Source of the DNA: a virus
Virus record (IMG/VR): IMGVR_UViG_3300047509_000103
Coordinates: 1-64,000 of that record
Length of the DNA: 64,000 nt
Reading direction: 5' to 3' (one strand)
This document shows positions 46,722 to 56,616 of the stretch, in pieces. The notes below the pieces were generated by a model. The model searched no databases, had not been told where the DNA came from, and worked only from the letters and a program-made list of their open reading frames with translations. The position numbers and the translations under genes are program-made. Positions within the stretch are counted from its first letter, which is position 1. The number at the start of each line of letters is the position of its first letter.

Positions 46722-47840
46722 ATGGCCGTTACTGGCAATTTATCCCCAGCAGAAAAGAAGTTCCTTTTCCGCAAAAAGCTGCAGCAGGAATACCAGGAAG
46801 ACTTTTTCTTCACTGGCGCGGAAGGTCAGGGCACGGCTGTGATCGAGAAGATCACCGAGCTGTCCCGCAACTCCAAGGGCGAAGAAGCTGCGTACTTCCC
46901 GCTGATCCCACGCCTGACCGGCGGTGGCATCATCGGCGACAACACGATGCATCATCGTGAGCGCCAGGCAAGTGCTGCATGGCAGAAGTGCAACTTCTCC
47001 GCGTTCGCCAACGCGATCGTCAACAAAGGCGCATTGTCGGATCAGAAATCGCTGATTCAGGTGCGCACGATCCAGCGTCCGGTGCTCGGCAAGTGGCTGG
47101 CCGACGCGAACGAGGATCAGGCCGTTCTCACCGCTTCCGGCATCAGCTACCTCTACAACACGGATGGCTCGCTGCGCGTCACGCCGGAAGGTCAGGATCC
47201 ATGGACGATGCTGGACTACGCCAACGACGTATCGGCGCCGTCTGTCAACCGTCACTACAACTGGAACGCCAGCTCAAATTCGTTGGCGTTGGTAGCTGAT
47301 CACGCACTGGTCTCAACGGACAAGTCTTCCTACGGCTTGCTGCCGGAGATGAAGGCCATTGCGATGGACAAGCGCATCACACCGAGCCGTCTCGGGGGTC
47401 GTGATGTGCACGTCGCGCTCTGCCACACAAGCGTGATGTCGGGACTGTGGAAGGACGATGACTTCCGCAGGTCAGTCGTGCAATCCGGGGAACGTGGCTC
47501 GAACAACGCGTTCTTGAAGTTCGGTCACTTCACCATTCACGACCTGCTGATCGTTCCGTACTCGCGTTGCTACAACACGCGAGGCGCCGTATCCGGCACC
47601 AACAAGTTCGGATCCGGATTGAACGTGGATGGCTCACGCATTCTGCTGATGGGTGCGCAAGCACTTGCCCGTGCCGACTTGGGTCCGCCCGAGTGGTTGG
47701 AGCAGAAGGACGACTACGGCCGCACGACCGGTTTCGGCGTGCAGCACTTCGGTGGCTGGCTCAAGCCGGTGTTTCCGAGCTCCTACGACAACGGTTCGAA
47801 CGAGGACTTCTCGATCGTATCCGTCGACGTGGCGATCTGA
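46722..47840 (+). CDS. Major capsid protein (N4 gp56/DUF4043-like)
   Basis: IEKITELS..KGE.A...L...L.G.GI.GDN; LMGAQALA.ADLG, W.E..DDYG, G.LKP.F..EDFSIVSVD. Confidence 0.85.
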   Translation: MAVTGNLSPAEKKFLFRKKLQQEYQEDFFFTGAEGQGTAVIEKITELSRNSKGEEAAYFPLIPRLTGGGIIGDNTMHHRERQASAAWQKCNFSAFANAIVNKGALSDQKSLIQVRTIQRPVLGKWLADANEDQAVLTASGISYLYNTDGSLRVTPEGQDPWTMLDYANDVSAPSVNRHYNWNASSNSLALVADHALVSTDKSSYGLLPEMKAIAMDKRITPSRLGGRDVHVALCHTSVMSGLWKDDDFRRSVVQSGERGSNNAFLKFGHFTIHDLLIVPYSRCYNTRGAVSGTNKFGSGLNVDGSRILLMGAQALARADLGPPEWLEQKDDYGRTTGFGVQHFGGWLKPVFPSSYDNGSNEDFSIVSVDVAI

Positions 47841-47903
47841 CCCGCGCACGGCGGCCAGTCGTAAGGGCTGGTCGCCACTTCACCCAACACGAGGTAAAAA
47901 TTC

Positions 47904-48302
47904 ATGAGCACGACCAATCAGTTCCAGCGCACCGTCCCGCTCGTCTCTCCAGTGGAACTTGGAAAGGCGAACAACGGCATCGGCAATGCCATCAATACGA
48001 TTTTGAGAAGTGGTGCAACTCTCACCAACATCAAGGCGTATGTCCGGACCGCATTCGATGGCTCCGGCACGGTCACCCTGACTGTGACCGATGGTACGAC
48101 GACGTTCATCAACGCGCAGAGCGTCAAGACGGCCAGCGCCACTACGCCGCTGACAAACGCCGACTCGGACAACGACTATCCGACCGGCGGCACGATCCAG
48201 GCCTACATCACCGACCAGAACAGCGACAGCACGAAAGGCCAAGTCGTCGTCAAGTTGTTCTACGAGGACGGCAAGGTCGTCGACATCTACGACAACGGCT
48301 AA
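47904..48302 (+). CDS. Putative capsid-associated protein
   Basis: Follows MCP, GAGG RBS, V.TAFDG motif. Confidence 0.75.
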   Translation: MSTTNQFQRTVPLVSPVELGKANNGIGNAINTILRSGATLTNIKAYVRTAFDGSGTVTLTVTDGTTTFINAQSVKTASATTPLTNADSDNDYPTGGTIQAYITDQNSDSTKGQVVVKLFYEDGKVVDIYDNG

Positions 48303-48332
48303 TCCAGCAGCCCAAGAGACGCGCAGTAAGCA

Positions 48333-48366
48333 AGCCGGCGGCACATTTCGTCGCCGGCTATTTTTT
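48333..48366 (+). terminator. Rho-independent terminator
   Basis: AGCCGGCGGC-loop-GTCGCCGGCT-ATTTTTT. Confidence 0.7.
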
Positions 48367-48377
48367 GGAGTAAGCAC

Positions 48378-48761
48378 ATGCGTTTCAGACATAAAACCGG
48401 AGTCAGGTTGGCATCCCTGGCCGGCCCGATCGTTTGGGTTGGCAAGGACTGGTTGGAACTTCCGCCGAGCCTGTTCCAAGAAATGGCGATGAAAGCGGGA
48501 TGTGAAGTCGACACGAGCACGATTCCGTCGTTGCCTCCTGCACCGGAGCCAGTCACCTCGCCGCTCATGGTGAGCGATAACGTGCGGCAGGTCACGCGCA
48601 CCGCGCTGATTAAGATGATTTCGCGCAATGCGGATGGTGATTTCACCAAAGAAGGATTGCCAAACCTCAAGACACTGTTGCGCGAGTCCGGCACTCCTGT
48701 CGACAAAGAAGTTGCGTTGTCGATCTTCGCCGAGCTGCAGCGTGAGGCAGAAGAAACGTGA
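48378..48761 (+). CDS. Hypothetical protein
   Basis: DFTKEGLPNL motif, GGAG RBS. Confidence 0.7.
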   Translation: MRFRHKTGVRLASLAGPIVWVGKDWLELPPSLFQEMAMKAGCEVDTSTIPSLPPAPEPVTSPLMVSDNVRQVTRTALIKMISRNADGDFTKEGLPNLKTLLRESGTPVDKEVALSIFAELQREAEET

Positions 48762-49480
48762 CCGTAGATGACCTGGTTTGCACATTCAGGCAACGGGCAG
48801 GCGATAACGCTTTGCCGCATCTGTGGCATACCAGTTTTCTGTATCAAGTCGCGAGCGAAGCAGAACGCGAAGCATGCGTTCGCGCTCGCCTGATATGGGA
48901 CGAGACGAGCAGCTTTCTTACCATTCCCATCGTCGCTGATCAGCCGATTTATGCGCTCGATCAGCGCATCGACCGTATTGAGCGCGTGACATTTTTCCCG
49001 ACAACGGGGCGGCCGTGGGATTTGATTTTGGCCGGGATCGATCGAATCGAGCAGCAGCGCGGCGGCCACTTGTATACCGGATGGGACTGGCACACCGGAT
49101 ACGGCAACGATTCGGACTGGCAACGCAGAAAAGGACGCCCAGAGTACGCAGTGCGCCTTGAGAACACGCTTCGGCTGTGGCCAATGCCGCATGGCAACTA
49201 TGGTAGTGGCACGATCCAGATCGCGTGCTACCGCTATCCGCTCGATGCGATGGAAACGCCGGTAGACGAGCCGGAAATTCCTGTCGAAAACCACGACGGC
49301 TTGGTCGACTGGATGCTGTACAGAGCCTATTCGACGAAGGACCAGGACGACCAGGACGATCAGCGCGCACTGGGTGCACTTGCGACGTTCAACGCGCGCT
49401 TCGGCGAACGCCCCAGTGCCGACGTATTGCGCAGGCATCGCGAGAAGCGTCGCGTAACGACACGCTACGGAGGTATTTGA
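48758..49480 (+). CDS. Head-tail adaptor protein
   Basis: FR....D...P.LW, EAEREAC.R, EPEIP...HDGLVDWMLYRAYS.KD. Confidence 0.75.
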   Translation: MTVDDLVCTFRQRAGDNALPHLWHTSFLYQVASEAEREACVRARLIWDETSSFLTIPIVADQPIYALDQRIDRIERVTFFPTTGRPWDLILAGIDRIEQQRGGHLYTGWDWHTGYGNDSDWQRRKGRPEYAVRLENTLRLWPMPHGNYGSGTIQIACYRYPLDAMETPVDEPEIPVENHDGLVDWMLYRAYSTKDQDDQDDQRALGALATFNARFGERPSADVLRRHREKRRVTTRYGGI

Positions 49481-49481
49481 A

Positions 49482-49640
49482 ATGGCTGCCACTTACAGCG
49501 CATACACCATTCTTGTTTACCCGTCGATGGCCGAACTGATTACAGCGGTCGCGGCGCTGCTTTCGACACAAAATCCGATTGGGGCGCCATTCCCCGATCA
49601 TGAAGGCAATTGGTGCCAGGCGATGGGCACGTTTATCTGA
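49482..49640 (+). CDS. Small DUF1737-like protein (52 aa, not in ORF track)
   Basis: GGAGG RBS; MAATYSAYTILVYPSMAELITAVAALLSTQNPIGAPFPDHEGNWCQAMGTFI. Confidence 0.6.
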   Translation: MAATYSAYTILVYPSMAELITAVAALLSTQNPIGAPFPDHEGNWCQAMGTFI

Positions 49641-49708
49641 TGGCAACCCAATTTGGTTCCTACTCGCCCGTTGTTTTGGGCAACACCGAAACGCTCTGAG
49701 GACGAGTC

Positions 49709-50167
49709 ATGGAGAAACGTTTCGGGCAATACAGCACCACGGTGCCGATGGCGCTGACGTGGGTCGAGCAGATCACGTTGTATCAAGATGAAGAGCAGAC
49801 GATGCCGGTTGATTTGACCGGACTTGCCGCACGCGCGCAACTGCGTCTCACGAAATGCACGTATGTGGATCCAATCGCTGGCGCGCCAAATCCTGTTCTG
49901 GAATTGACGACTCCAAACTACTACGGACCCACGCCGCCAGAAGTCCCCGTTCCGGCGTGGCCAGTGCTGGCCGTCCTGTCTATTCCAACACCGGCCAACG
50001 GAACCATTCTGCTCGACGCGCTGAAATCTCAATACGTTCGATACTTGAGCCCAACGAACGCCAAAGTGAAATACTACTGGCAGATCGTTTTGGTAAACCA
50101 AGAGACGCTTGACTACGCGCCCGTCGTTGAGGGCGCTGTGGTGCTGTTGCCGGCCACGACCCTATGA
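49709..50167 (+). CDS. Tail/baseplate-associated beta-sandwich protein
   Basis: [14 protein letters not shown]...GTILL. Confidence 0.65.
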   Translation: MEKRFGQYSTTVPMALTWVEQITLYQDEEQTMPVDLTGLAARAQLRLTKCTYVDPIAGAPNPVLELTTPNYYGPTPPEVPVPAWPVLAVLSIPTPANGTILLDALKSQYVRYLSPTNAKVKYYWQIVLVNQETLDYAPVVEGAVVLLPATTL

Positions 50168-50937
50168 CGGGTGTCTATTGCGGTGACGGCTCGGTGAAAG
50201 TTTCTCTGAGCAGTGAACAGGTAAGCAGGGTCGATCAGATCCGGCCGGTCAATACCGGTGGCCAGGGATTTCAGGGCCCGCCCGGTGCAACGGGCGCAAC
50301 CGGAGCAACCGGTGCAACCGGTACCACAGGATCTACAGGTATTACTGGCGCAACGGGCGCAACCGGCGCAACCGGCGCACAGGGGGCAATAGGTTCTACT
50401 GGTGCTGTCGGGGCCACTGGTGGAGTAGGCCCTACAGGAGCAGTAGGCCCTACGGGCGCACAAGGTATTACTGGCGCTACAGGCGCCACCGGTGCAACTG
50501 GTCCCGTCGGTCCTACCGGTCCAACAGGACCGGCAGCACCGTTCAACTCGGCGATGACGAACGGCGAAGCGACAACAATAGTTGCTGGAATGGCCGTCTA
50601 TATCAGCGCCGCTGACACGGTGAAGATGGGCCTGGCAAGTGCGATGGCCACGAGCAACATCTTCGGAATAGTGACAGCCGCCAGCATTGCAGCAAGTGCG
50701 ATAGGAAACGTCCAGCACGTCGGCGTGGTGTCGCTAGCGACTGCGCTATGGGATGCGGTCACAGGGCAATCAGGCGGCCTCACTGCTGGCTCGATGTACT
50801 ACCTGGATCCGGCGACCGCCGGGCACATGACTACCACGGTGCCTGGCAGCGGAAACATCGTTGCCGTGCTCGGCCAGGCGAAAAGCACAACCGATTTCAA
50901 GTTCCAGCCACGTTTACCGGAAGGACCGTTACCTTGA
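50164..50937 (+). CDS. Collagen-like fibre protein
   Basis: About 30 contiguous G-X-Y triplets (GAT/GPT). Confidence 0.88.
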   Translation: MTGVYCGDGSVKVSLSSEQVSRVDQIRPVNTGGQGFQGPPGATGATGATGATGTTGSTGITGATGATGATGAQGAIGSTGAVGATGGVGPTGAVGPTGAQGITGATGATGATGPVGPTGPTGPAAPFNSAMTNGEATTIVAGMAVYISAADTVKMGLASAMATSNIFGIVTAASIAASAIGNVQHVGVVSLATALWDAVTGQSGGLTAGSMYYLDPATAGHMTTTVPGSGNIVAVLGQAKSTTDFKFQPRLPEGPLP

Positions 50938-53900
50938 TTCGCTACCTACTTGCACTGCTGCTGACTGCCAACGCGTTTGCAGCGACGAACACGCTCGTCA
51001 CCAGCAATCCACCGAATCACGGCTTGGTGGCAGCAAAGGACACCAGTGCCGGTGCCGGCGATGCGGCCAAGGTGCCACTGCTCAATTCATCTGGCCTCAT
51101 CGATCGCACGATGATACCGGTGCTTGGCACGACGACGTATTCAGTCGATTCCTACGGTGCTGTCGGAGACGATTCAACCGACGACTCTACCTCTGTGCAG
51201 AACGCAATCAACGCGGCTGCGGCAACTGGCGGCGTCGTTACGTTCCAGGCAAAAACCTATCTCATCAATTCGCAGCTGACTATTCCGAACGATGCAGGAA
51301 GTCCGGTAGCGCATCAACGTCCGATCAGGTTGCAGGGTGCAGGTTCGCACATGAACGGCCAAGGCGTCGCGGCGCCGTATGGCGGGACGATTCTGGATCT
51401 ACGCACCAACGCCACAGACGGCAAGTTGGTCAGCTATGGCCTTGGCTTGCTCGAGCTGCGCGACATTACGTTCACCGATAAAGGTACAAATTCAAATGTA
51501 TATGTGCTCGTCACGAACACGACATTGCACGCGCAGGACAATGCCTTCATAGGTAATCCGTCGAAGTCAGCTACTACCTGCGACCAAGATGCGATCGTAC
51601 TGGGCGGAACAACGCACACGTTTGGCAACGGGCCGACGAATTCGTTTCAAGGTTACGGCACCGTCATCAGCAACAACTTCTTTGATCGCATTCGCCGCGC
51701 GGTCTATCTGCGCGTGGATGCGAACACGAGCATCGTTCGCGATAACACGGTCTGGACGAACAGCGGAAGCAATCTGGCCAATGGCGCAGTGATTGAGTTG
51801 GATGGTGGAGTCTATACGGCCACTGGCAACACGATTGAAGGCAACCTGGTCGAGATCGGCAACTACACCTATGGGATCAAGCTAGCGAACGGCAGCGCCA
51901 ACACACTCATTGGCAACGATGCCTTTGATGCCAGTGGCTCGACCATTGCGATGGTGCGCGCTGAATCCACAGCGACGCGCAACGTCATTGTCGGAAGTCT
52001 GGCTGGCGGTTCGCCGGCGATATATTTCAGCGACGGCAATTCATCGCCGTCAAGCAATACCTATGTATCCACCGATCAAGGCCATCCGTCGAACTTTGGG
52101 CCTGCGTACTTTTTCGACGACGCTGGCAATCAGCCGACGAAGTTCGACAACGTATTGTTTCCCGGTGGCAATGGCAAGACGACGATTCAGCCAGCAGCCA
52201 CGTCGACTGGTTCAGCGCTCATGCTGCGGGCACTGCGCAGTGCAGCAGAGTCAACGTGCCCAAGCGGCAGTGCATGGGACATCACCTATGCCGGCGACAT
52301 CGACTTTTACAGTTCAAGCTCTTGCGGCACGCAGCTTGGGCAGATCACGAACTTTGGTCGCAACTGGCTCGCCAGCGGAACCGGCGGCGCAATGTTGCAG
52401 GACAGTGGGAGCGGTGGATCGAACTTCACGCTGAAAAACGCAACGGTCCTATTTCAGAATCACGCTGGAACGCAATACGCATCGATCGGATCGAGCGCAA
52501 CGTCATTCACGCCGCAAGTAAGCGCCGCGAGCTACGTCGCCAACGGTACGGGCGGGGCTGGATACATCGAATTGCAAACGCAGTCGGCGAAGCCAGGAAC
52601 GCCTGGCACAAGTAACCTGCGCATGTATTCCGATGCCTCGGGGCGGTTGGCGTGGATCGGCTCAAACGGATTCCAGCGCGTTTTCGACGGCACAGGCAAC
52701 ACGGCAGATCGAATCTACACGCTGCCTGACGTCGCTGGAACGATGCTTAACACGGGCAACGTGGTGAATATCCTCACCACAACCGGCGCATTGAAGGGCA
52801 ACGGAAGCGGCACGATAACGCAAGCCGCGTGCGCTGATCTGTCCAACGGCGCGGCCGGATGCTCTGCAACATCGCTGCCGCCGAACGGATCAGCCGGTGG
52901 CGATCTAGCTGGCACGTATCCCAACCCGACGCTGGCCAATATCTCCACCGGCACGACGATGCCGGGAACGATCGTCGCGACGAATACGGCCGCACCGTCC
53001 TCGCCAGCATCAGGTAAGGACACGCTTTACACCGACTCGACTGATCTGCGACTGCACGACAAGAACGCATCAGGCGTTATCGGTACAACTGTCGTTGCCG
53101 ACACTGGCGCGACGAACAATTTCCTAACGGCAATATCTGCTGCTGGTGCAATATCCAAGGCGCAGCCTTCGTGTGCGAGTCTTAGCAATTCCGTTGCTAG
53201 CTGTTCAACTGACGCGACGAACGCGACGAACATTTCGAGCGGCACGCTCGGCGCGGCGCGGCTTCCAAACCCCACTGCGTCAACTTTGGGCGGCGTTGAG
53301 TCGCTAGCCGCTACCTCGCATCAATGGATCAACACGATCAGCACGAGCGGCGTGCCATCGAGCACGCAGCCCGCATCGACAGATTTAAGCGATAGCGCGA
53401 CTGTCGCAAAGACCACTGACGTACAGGTATTCACATCCACTGGAACATGGACGAAGCCGACAGGCGCGCTTGCAGTATTCGTATATGCAGTTGGCCCAGG
53501 CGGTGGTGGCGGGTCAGGACGGCGCGGCGCAACCTCATCAATAGTGGGCGGCGGCGGTGGTGGCGGAGGTGGCGCGGTCGTGTTTATGACTATGCCAGCT
53601 ACGGTCCCTGGCGCAACTGTCGCTGTGACAATCCCTGCTGGCGGGACTGGTGGCACCGCTCAGACTGTAGATTCAACCGATGGCGTTGCTGGTGGACTAC
53701 CAACAGGTAGCACGCAGTTCGGCGCTTTGTTACTCGCAGCGCGCGGCGGCGGCGGGGCAGCTGGAACGAATGGTGCGGCGACCGGCGGCGGTGGCGGTAC
53801 TGGTGTCTTAAATGGTGGTGCCGGTGGTGCTGCCAGCGCTACTGGTTTGCTCGGAGCGAATGGCGCAAACGGCAACGGCGGCGGCGGCGGCGGCGCGGGC

Positions 53901-54227
53901 GCAGGCATAACGTCAGGCAATGCCGTGAGCGCCGGTGGCAACGGCGGCATTGGCAACGCCATGTCCACTCTTTTTACTGGCGGAACAGGTGGCGCTGCGA
54001 CTGGCGCGAACGGAACGCAAGGCACCGCATCAACAACCAACTTCGCAGTGGGTGCTGGCGGCGGCGGCGGCGGCGGAAGTCTGCTCGCTGGGGTAGGCGG
54101 TTCCGGCGCGGCGGGTCAGTTGTACGGATCAGGCGGCGGCGGCGGCGCTGGCGCCAACAATGGCAACAATTCAGGAGCTGGCGGTGCTGGGGGTGGTGGC
54201 GTCGTGGTTGTGATTACCACGCGATGA
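50934..54227 (+). CDS. Tailspike/fibre-like protein with pectate-lyase-like beta helix and glycine-rich C-terminus
   Basis: [22 protein letters not shown], beta-helix repeats, [22 protein letters not shown]; TTG start overlapping upstream stop. Confidence 0.85.
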   Translation: MIRYLLALLLTANAFAATNTLVTSNPPNHGLVAAKDTSAGAGDAAKVPLLNSSGLIDRTMIPVLGTTTYSVDSYGAVGDDSTDDSTSVQNAINAAAATGGVVTFQAKTYLINSQLTIPNDAGSPVAHQRPIRLQGAGSHMNGQGVAAPYGGTILDLRTNATDGKLVSYGLGLLELRDITFTDKGTNSNVYVLVTNTTLHAQDNAFIGNPSKSATTCDQDAIVLGGTTHTFGNGPTNSFQGYGTVISNNFFDRIRRAVYLRVDANTSIVRDNTVWTNSGSNLANGAVIELDGGVYTATGNTIEGNLVEIGNYTYGIKLANGSANTLIGNDAFDASGSTIAMVRAESTATRNVIVGSLAGGSPAIYFSDGNSSPSSNTYVSTDQGHPSNFGPAYFFDDAGNQPTKFDNVLFPGGNGKTTIQPAATSTGSALMLRALRSAAESTCPSGSAWDITYAGDIDFYSSSSCGTQLGQITNFGRNWLASGTGGAMLQDSGSGGSNFTLKNATVLFQNHAGTQYASIGSSATSFTPQVSAASYVANGTGGAGYIELQTQSAKPGTPGTSNLRMYSDASGRLAWIGSNGFQRVFDGTGNTADRIYTLPDVAGTMLNTGNVVNILTTTGALKGNGSGTITQAACADLSNGAAGCSATSLPPNGSAGGDLAGTYPNPTLANISTGTTMPGTIVATNTAAPSSPASGKDTLYTDSTDLRLHDKNASGVIGTTVVADTGATNNFLTAISAAGAISKAQPSCASLSNSVASCSTDATNATNISSGTLGAARLPNPTASTLGGVESLAATSHQWINTISTSGVPSSTQPASTDLSDSATVAKTTDVQVFTSTGTWTKPTGALAVFVYAVGPGGGGGSGRRGATSSIVGGGGGGGGGAVVFMTMPATVPGATVAVTIPAGGTGGTAQTVDSTDGVAGGLPTGSTQFGALLLAARGGGGAAGTNGAATGGGGGTGVLNGGAGGAASATGLLGANGANGNGGGGGGAGAGITSGNAVSAGGNGGIGNAMSTLFTGGTGGAATGANGTQGTASTTNFAVGAGGGGGGGSLLAGVGGSGAAGQLYGSGGGGGAGANNGNNSGAGGAGGGGVVVVITTR

Positions 54228-54294
54228 CCACGCCCGACAAGTCCATCGCCGAGCGCGCGTTCTGCGCAATCGAGAAGCGGTCGACGGCTATCGC

Positions 54295-54477
54295 TTGAAC
54301 ATCGTGCCAGCAGAAGAACGCGAGCGCCGCAAGGCGCTCTGCGCCGCATGCCCGTACCTAAAAGTTTTTCAGCCCGTAAGGCCCTTTCCGCCAATCGACC
54401 GGTGCGGCAAGTGCGGCTGCCCGATCCACACAAAAGTGCATGCAAAGGCCGGCAGTTGTCCTGACGGCAAGTGGTAA
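54295..54477 (+). CDS. Small Cys-rich protein (DUF6171-like)
   Basis: R...C..C...C..CGC...K....CP..KW. Confidence 0.65.
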   Translation: MNIVPAEERERRKALCAACPYLKVFQPVRPFPPIDRCGKCGCPIHTKVHAKAGSCPDGKW

Positions 54478-54504
54478 TAACCTCTGAGCAGGCTTAAAGA
54501 AACG

Positions 54505-55785
54505 ATGGCGACTAAGGGCGGCCAAGAACCAGTCACGCTGGCGTTCGGCGGCGGCGTCGCCAACCGCATGTCCGAGACGAAAGTCCCAGAAGGCTTCGCG
54601 CGAGCAGCGAAGGACGTGGACATTTCGGAAGACGGTGTTGTGTCCAAGCGCGGTGGCTTCACGCAGTTCATCGCGCTGGCCGGAGCGAACTCGTTCTGGT
54701 CCGATCCGCAACTGGACTTCGCGCTGGTCGCAGCGGCCAATACGCTGTACCACATGGATGCGTCAGGCGTGTTGACTGCGCTTGCGACCAACCTGACCGG
54801 CGCGGACGTGCACTACTGCATGACGCCCATTGGGGTTTACTGGTCTGACGGCCAGGTCTGCGGTTGCGTGGATGTGCTCGGCGCTGCGCACCCGTGGGGC
54901 GTAGAGACGCCGCGGTTCGTCACGGTGTCGCAGGGCGCAGGCTCGCTGCCAGCCGGCGAATACGCGGTGACGGCGACGTTCTCGAGTGCGCGCGGCGAGG
55001 GCGGCGCGCCGGCCTCGCTTTTCATTACGCTCGCTGCGCCTGGTGGTATCTCGGTAACAATCAGTTCCGCGCTCGACACCAGCATCGACGAAGCGCGCGT
55101 CTATGTCACGACGCCGAACGGTCAGGAGCTGCAATACGCGGCATCGTGGGCGCCGGGCGGCACGCTCGTGATAGGCAACACGCCGCGCGGCCGGCCCCTG
55201 CGTACTCAGTACCTGATGCCGTTGCCGCCGCTGCGCTATCCAGCGCTGTCGAAGGGGCGTTTGTTCGGCGCAGTGGATCGCTTCCTGATCTGGTCGGAGC
55301 CGCTGTACTACGGCCTGTACAACCCGACCAAGAACTTCACTGCGCTGCGCGGGCAGACCATCACGATGGTCGCGTTGGCCGACGAGGCAGGGTTCTGCGC
55401 CTACATTGGCACCGATCGCTTCACTTACAAGTTTGCTGGTGATTCGATCGAAACAGCGACCATGACGCCCGTATCGCACTGCGGTGTGATGCCCGGGTCC
55501 ATGGCGCGCGTCGCGCCGGACGCAGTGAAGATCGAAGGCACGCAAACGTGGGTGCCGGCATGGGTCGACTCACGCGGTGTTCCGTGGGCCGGGGCGAACG
55601 GCAACGTAGTGCAGTTACACGACAAGTTCGCCTACCCGCAGTTCGACCACGTTGCGGCGATCTTTGACCAGCGCGATGGCAACAGCCGCTACATCCTCAG
55701 CGGTCGCGGCGGTACGCCATCGGTACTTGCCTTCAAGGATTCCTTCACCGCGCAGGTCATTGATGCTGGCGGCGGTAGTGCTTGA
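54505..55785 (+). CDS. Putative tail/virion structural protein
   Basis: 426 aa, beta-rich, GRL.GA...LIWSEPL.YG. Confidence 0.7.
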   Translation: MATKGGQEPVTLAFGGGVANRMSETKVPEGFARAAKDVDISEDGVVSKRGGFTQFIALAGANSFWSDPQLDFALVAAANTLYHMDASGVLTALATNLTGADVHYCMTPIGVYWSDGQVCGCVDVLGAAHPWGVETPRFVTVSQGAGSLPAGEYAVTATFSSARGEGGAPASLFITLAAPGGISVTISSALDTSIDEARVYVTTPNGQELQYAASWAPGGTLVIGNTPRGRPLRTQYLMPLPPLRYPALSKGRLFGAVDRFLIWSEPLYYGLYNPTKNFTALRGQTITMVALADEAGFCAYIGTDRFTYKFAGDSIETATMTPVSHCGVMPGSMARVAPDAVKIEGTQTWVPAWVDSRGVPWAGANGNVVQLHDKFAYPQFDHVAAIFDQRDGNSRYILSGRGGTPSVLAFKDSFTAQVIDAGGGSA

Positions 55786-56000
55786 ATAGGGCTATCGATC
55801 TTCTCAAAGCCGCTCTGCCGGCGACAGCAGCAACCACGCAAGTCATAGCGCATCGGCGCGCAGTGTGTGATGCGTGCCCAATGAGCGAAACAAAACCGCA
55901 GCGCAGCGGAGAGCCGCTGCAGGTGTGCAAGGTGTGCAATTGTCCAATCCAGCGCAAAACGGCCAGGGCCGATTCCCATTGTCCACAGTCAAAATGGTGA
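55782..56000 (+). CDS. Small Cys-rich protein (DUF6171-like), paralog of 54295
   Basis: RR.VCDACP...CKVCNCP...K....CP..KW. Confidence 0.65.
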   Translation: MNRAIDLLKAALPATAATTQVIAHRRAVCDACPMSETKPQRSGEPLQVCKVCNCPIQRKTARADSHCPQSKW

Positions 56001-56004
56001 AACC

Positions 56005-56607
56005 ATGAATTTTTCTGCTGCTGTCCGCAACGAATTGGGTCGCGCGCTGCGGGGCCATAAGTATGACAAGACACCGAGCGGCATCATGTTCCCAGCCGCC
56101 GGAATCCTGTTCGGTGGAGTTTTCGGTCGCAAGGATCTTCCGCCAGGCGCGCATCCAGAAGATATGCCGTGGGCATTTGGCCCAAACGCCGTCGGCAACG
56201 AATTTATCAACGACGTGTTGAACGCGAAGTTCAACGGAGTCGGTGGCGGCACCGCCTGGTACTTCGCACCATTCGCCGATAACTTGGCACCCACCAGTTC
56301 GCTTACCGCAGCGACATTCGCAGGAACCCAGGGCGAGTACACCACGCAGTACACCGAGGGCAGCCGTCAGACCTTCACGAGCAACGGCACGTCGACGGCG
56401 CAGAGCGTGAGCAACTCTGCTTCGCCAGCGGTGATCACCGTGGGTGGCTCGCCGATCACCCCCTATGGGGCGGGCATTCTGTCGGTGAACACCAAGGGCG
56501 GCACGACGGGAGTCTTTGGCGCTGGCGGCCTATTTGGGTCTGCCAACGCGCTGTCTTCGGGAAGCAAGTTGATGATGACGTACACGCTCACAGGGACTTC
56601 AGTTTGA
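56005..56607 (+). CDS. Putative virion structural protein
   Basis: 200 aa, Thr/Gly-rich. Confidence 0.75.
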   Translation: MNFSAAVRNELGRALRGHKYDKTPSGIMFPAAGILFGGVFGRKDLPPGAHPEDMPWAFGPNAVGNEFINDVLNAKFNGVGGGTAWYFAPFADNLAPTSSLTAATFAGTQGEYTTQYTEGSRQTFTSNGTSTAQSVSNSASPAVITVGGSPITPYGAGILSVNTKGGTTGVFGAGGLFGSANALSSGSKLMMTYTLTGTSV

Positions 56608-56616
56608 GCTGAAGCA

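Noticed and set aside
50270-50540. CRISPR or tandem DNA array
   Set aside because: 9-bp periodicity is collagen G-X-Y coding; no CRISPR array or tRNA recognised anywhere in the window
50748-50933. Upstream extension of the tailspike ORF
   Set aside because: Overlaps the collagen gene in another frame; TTG 50934 is the better start
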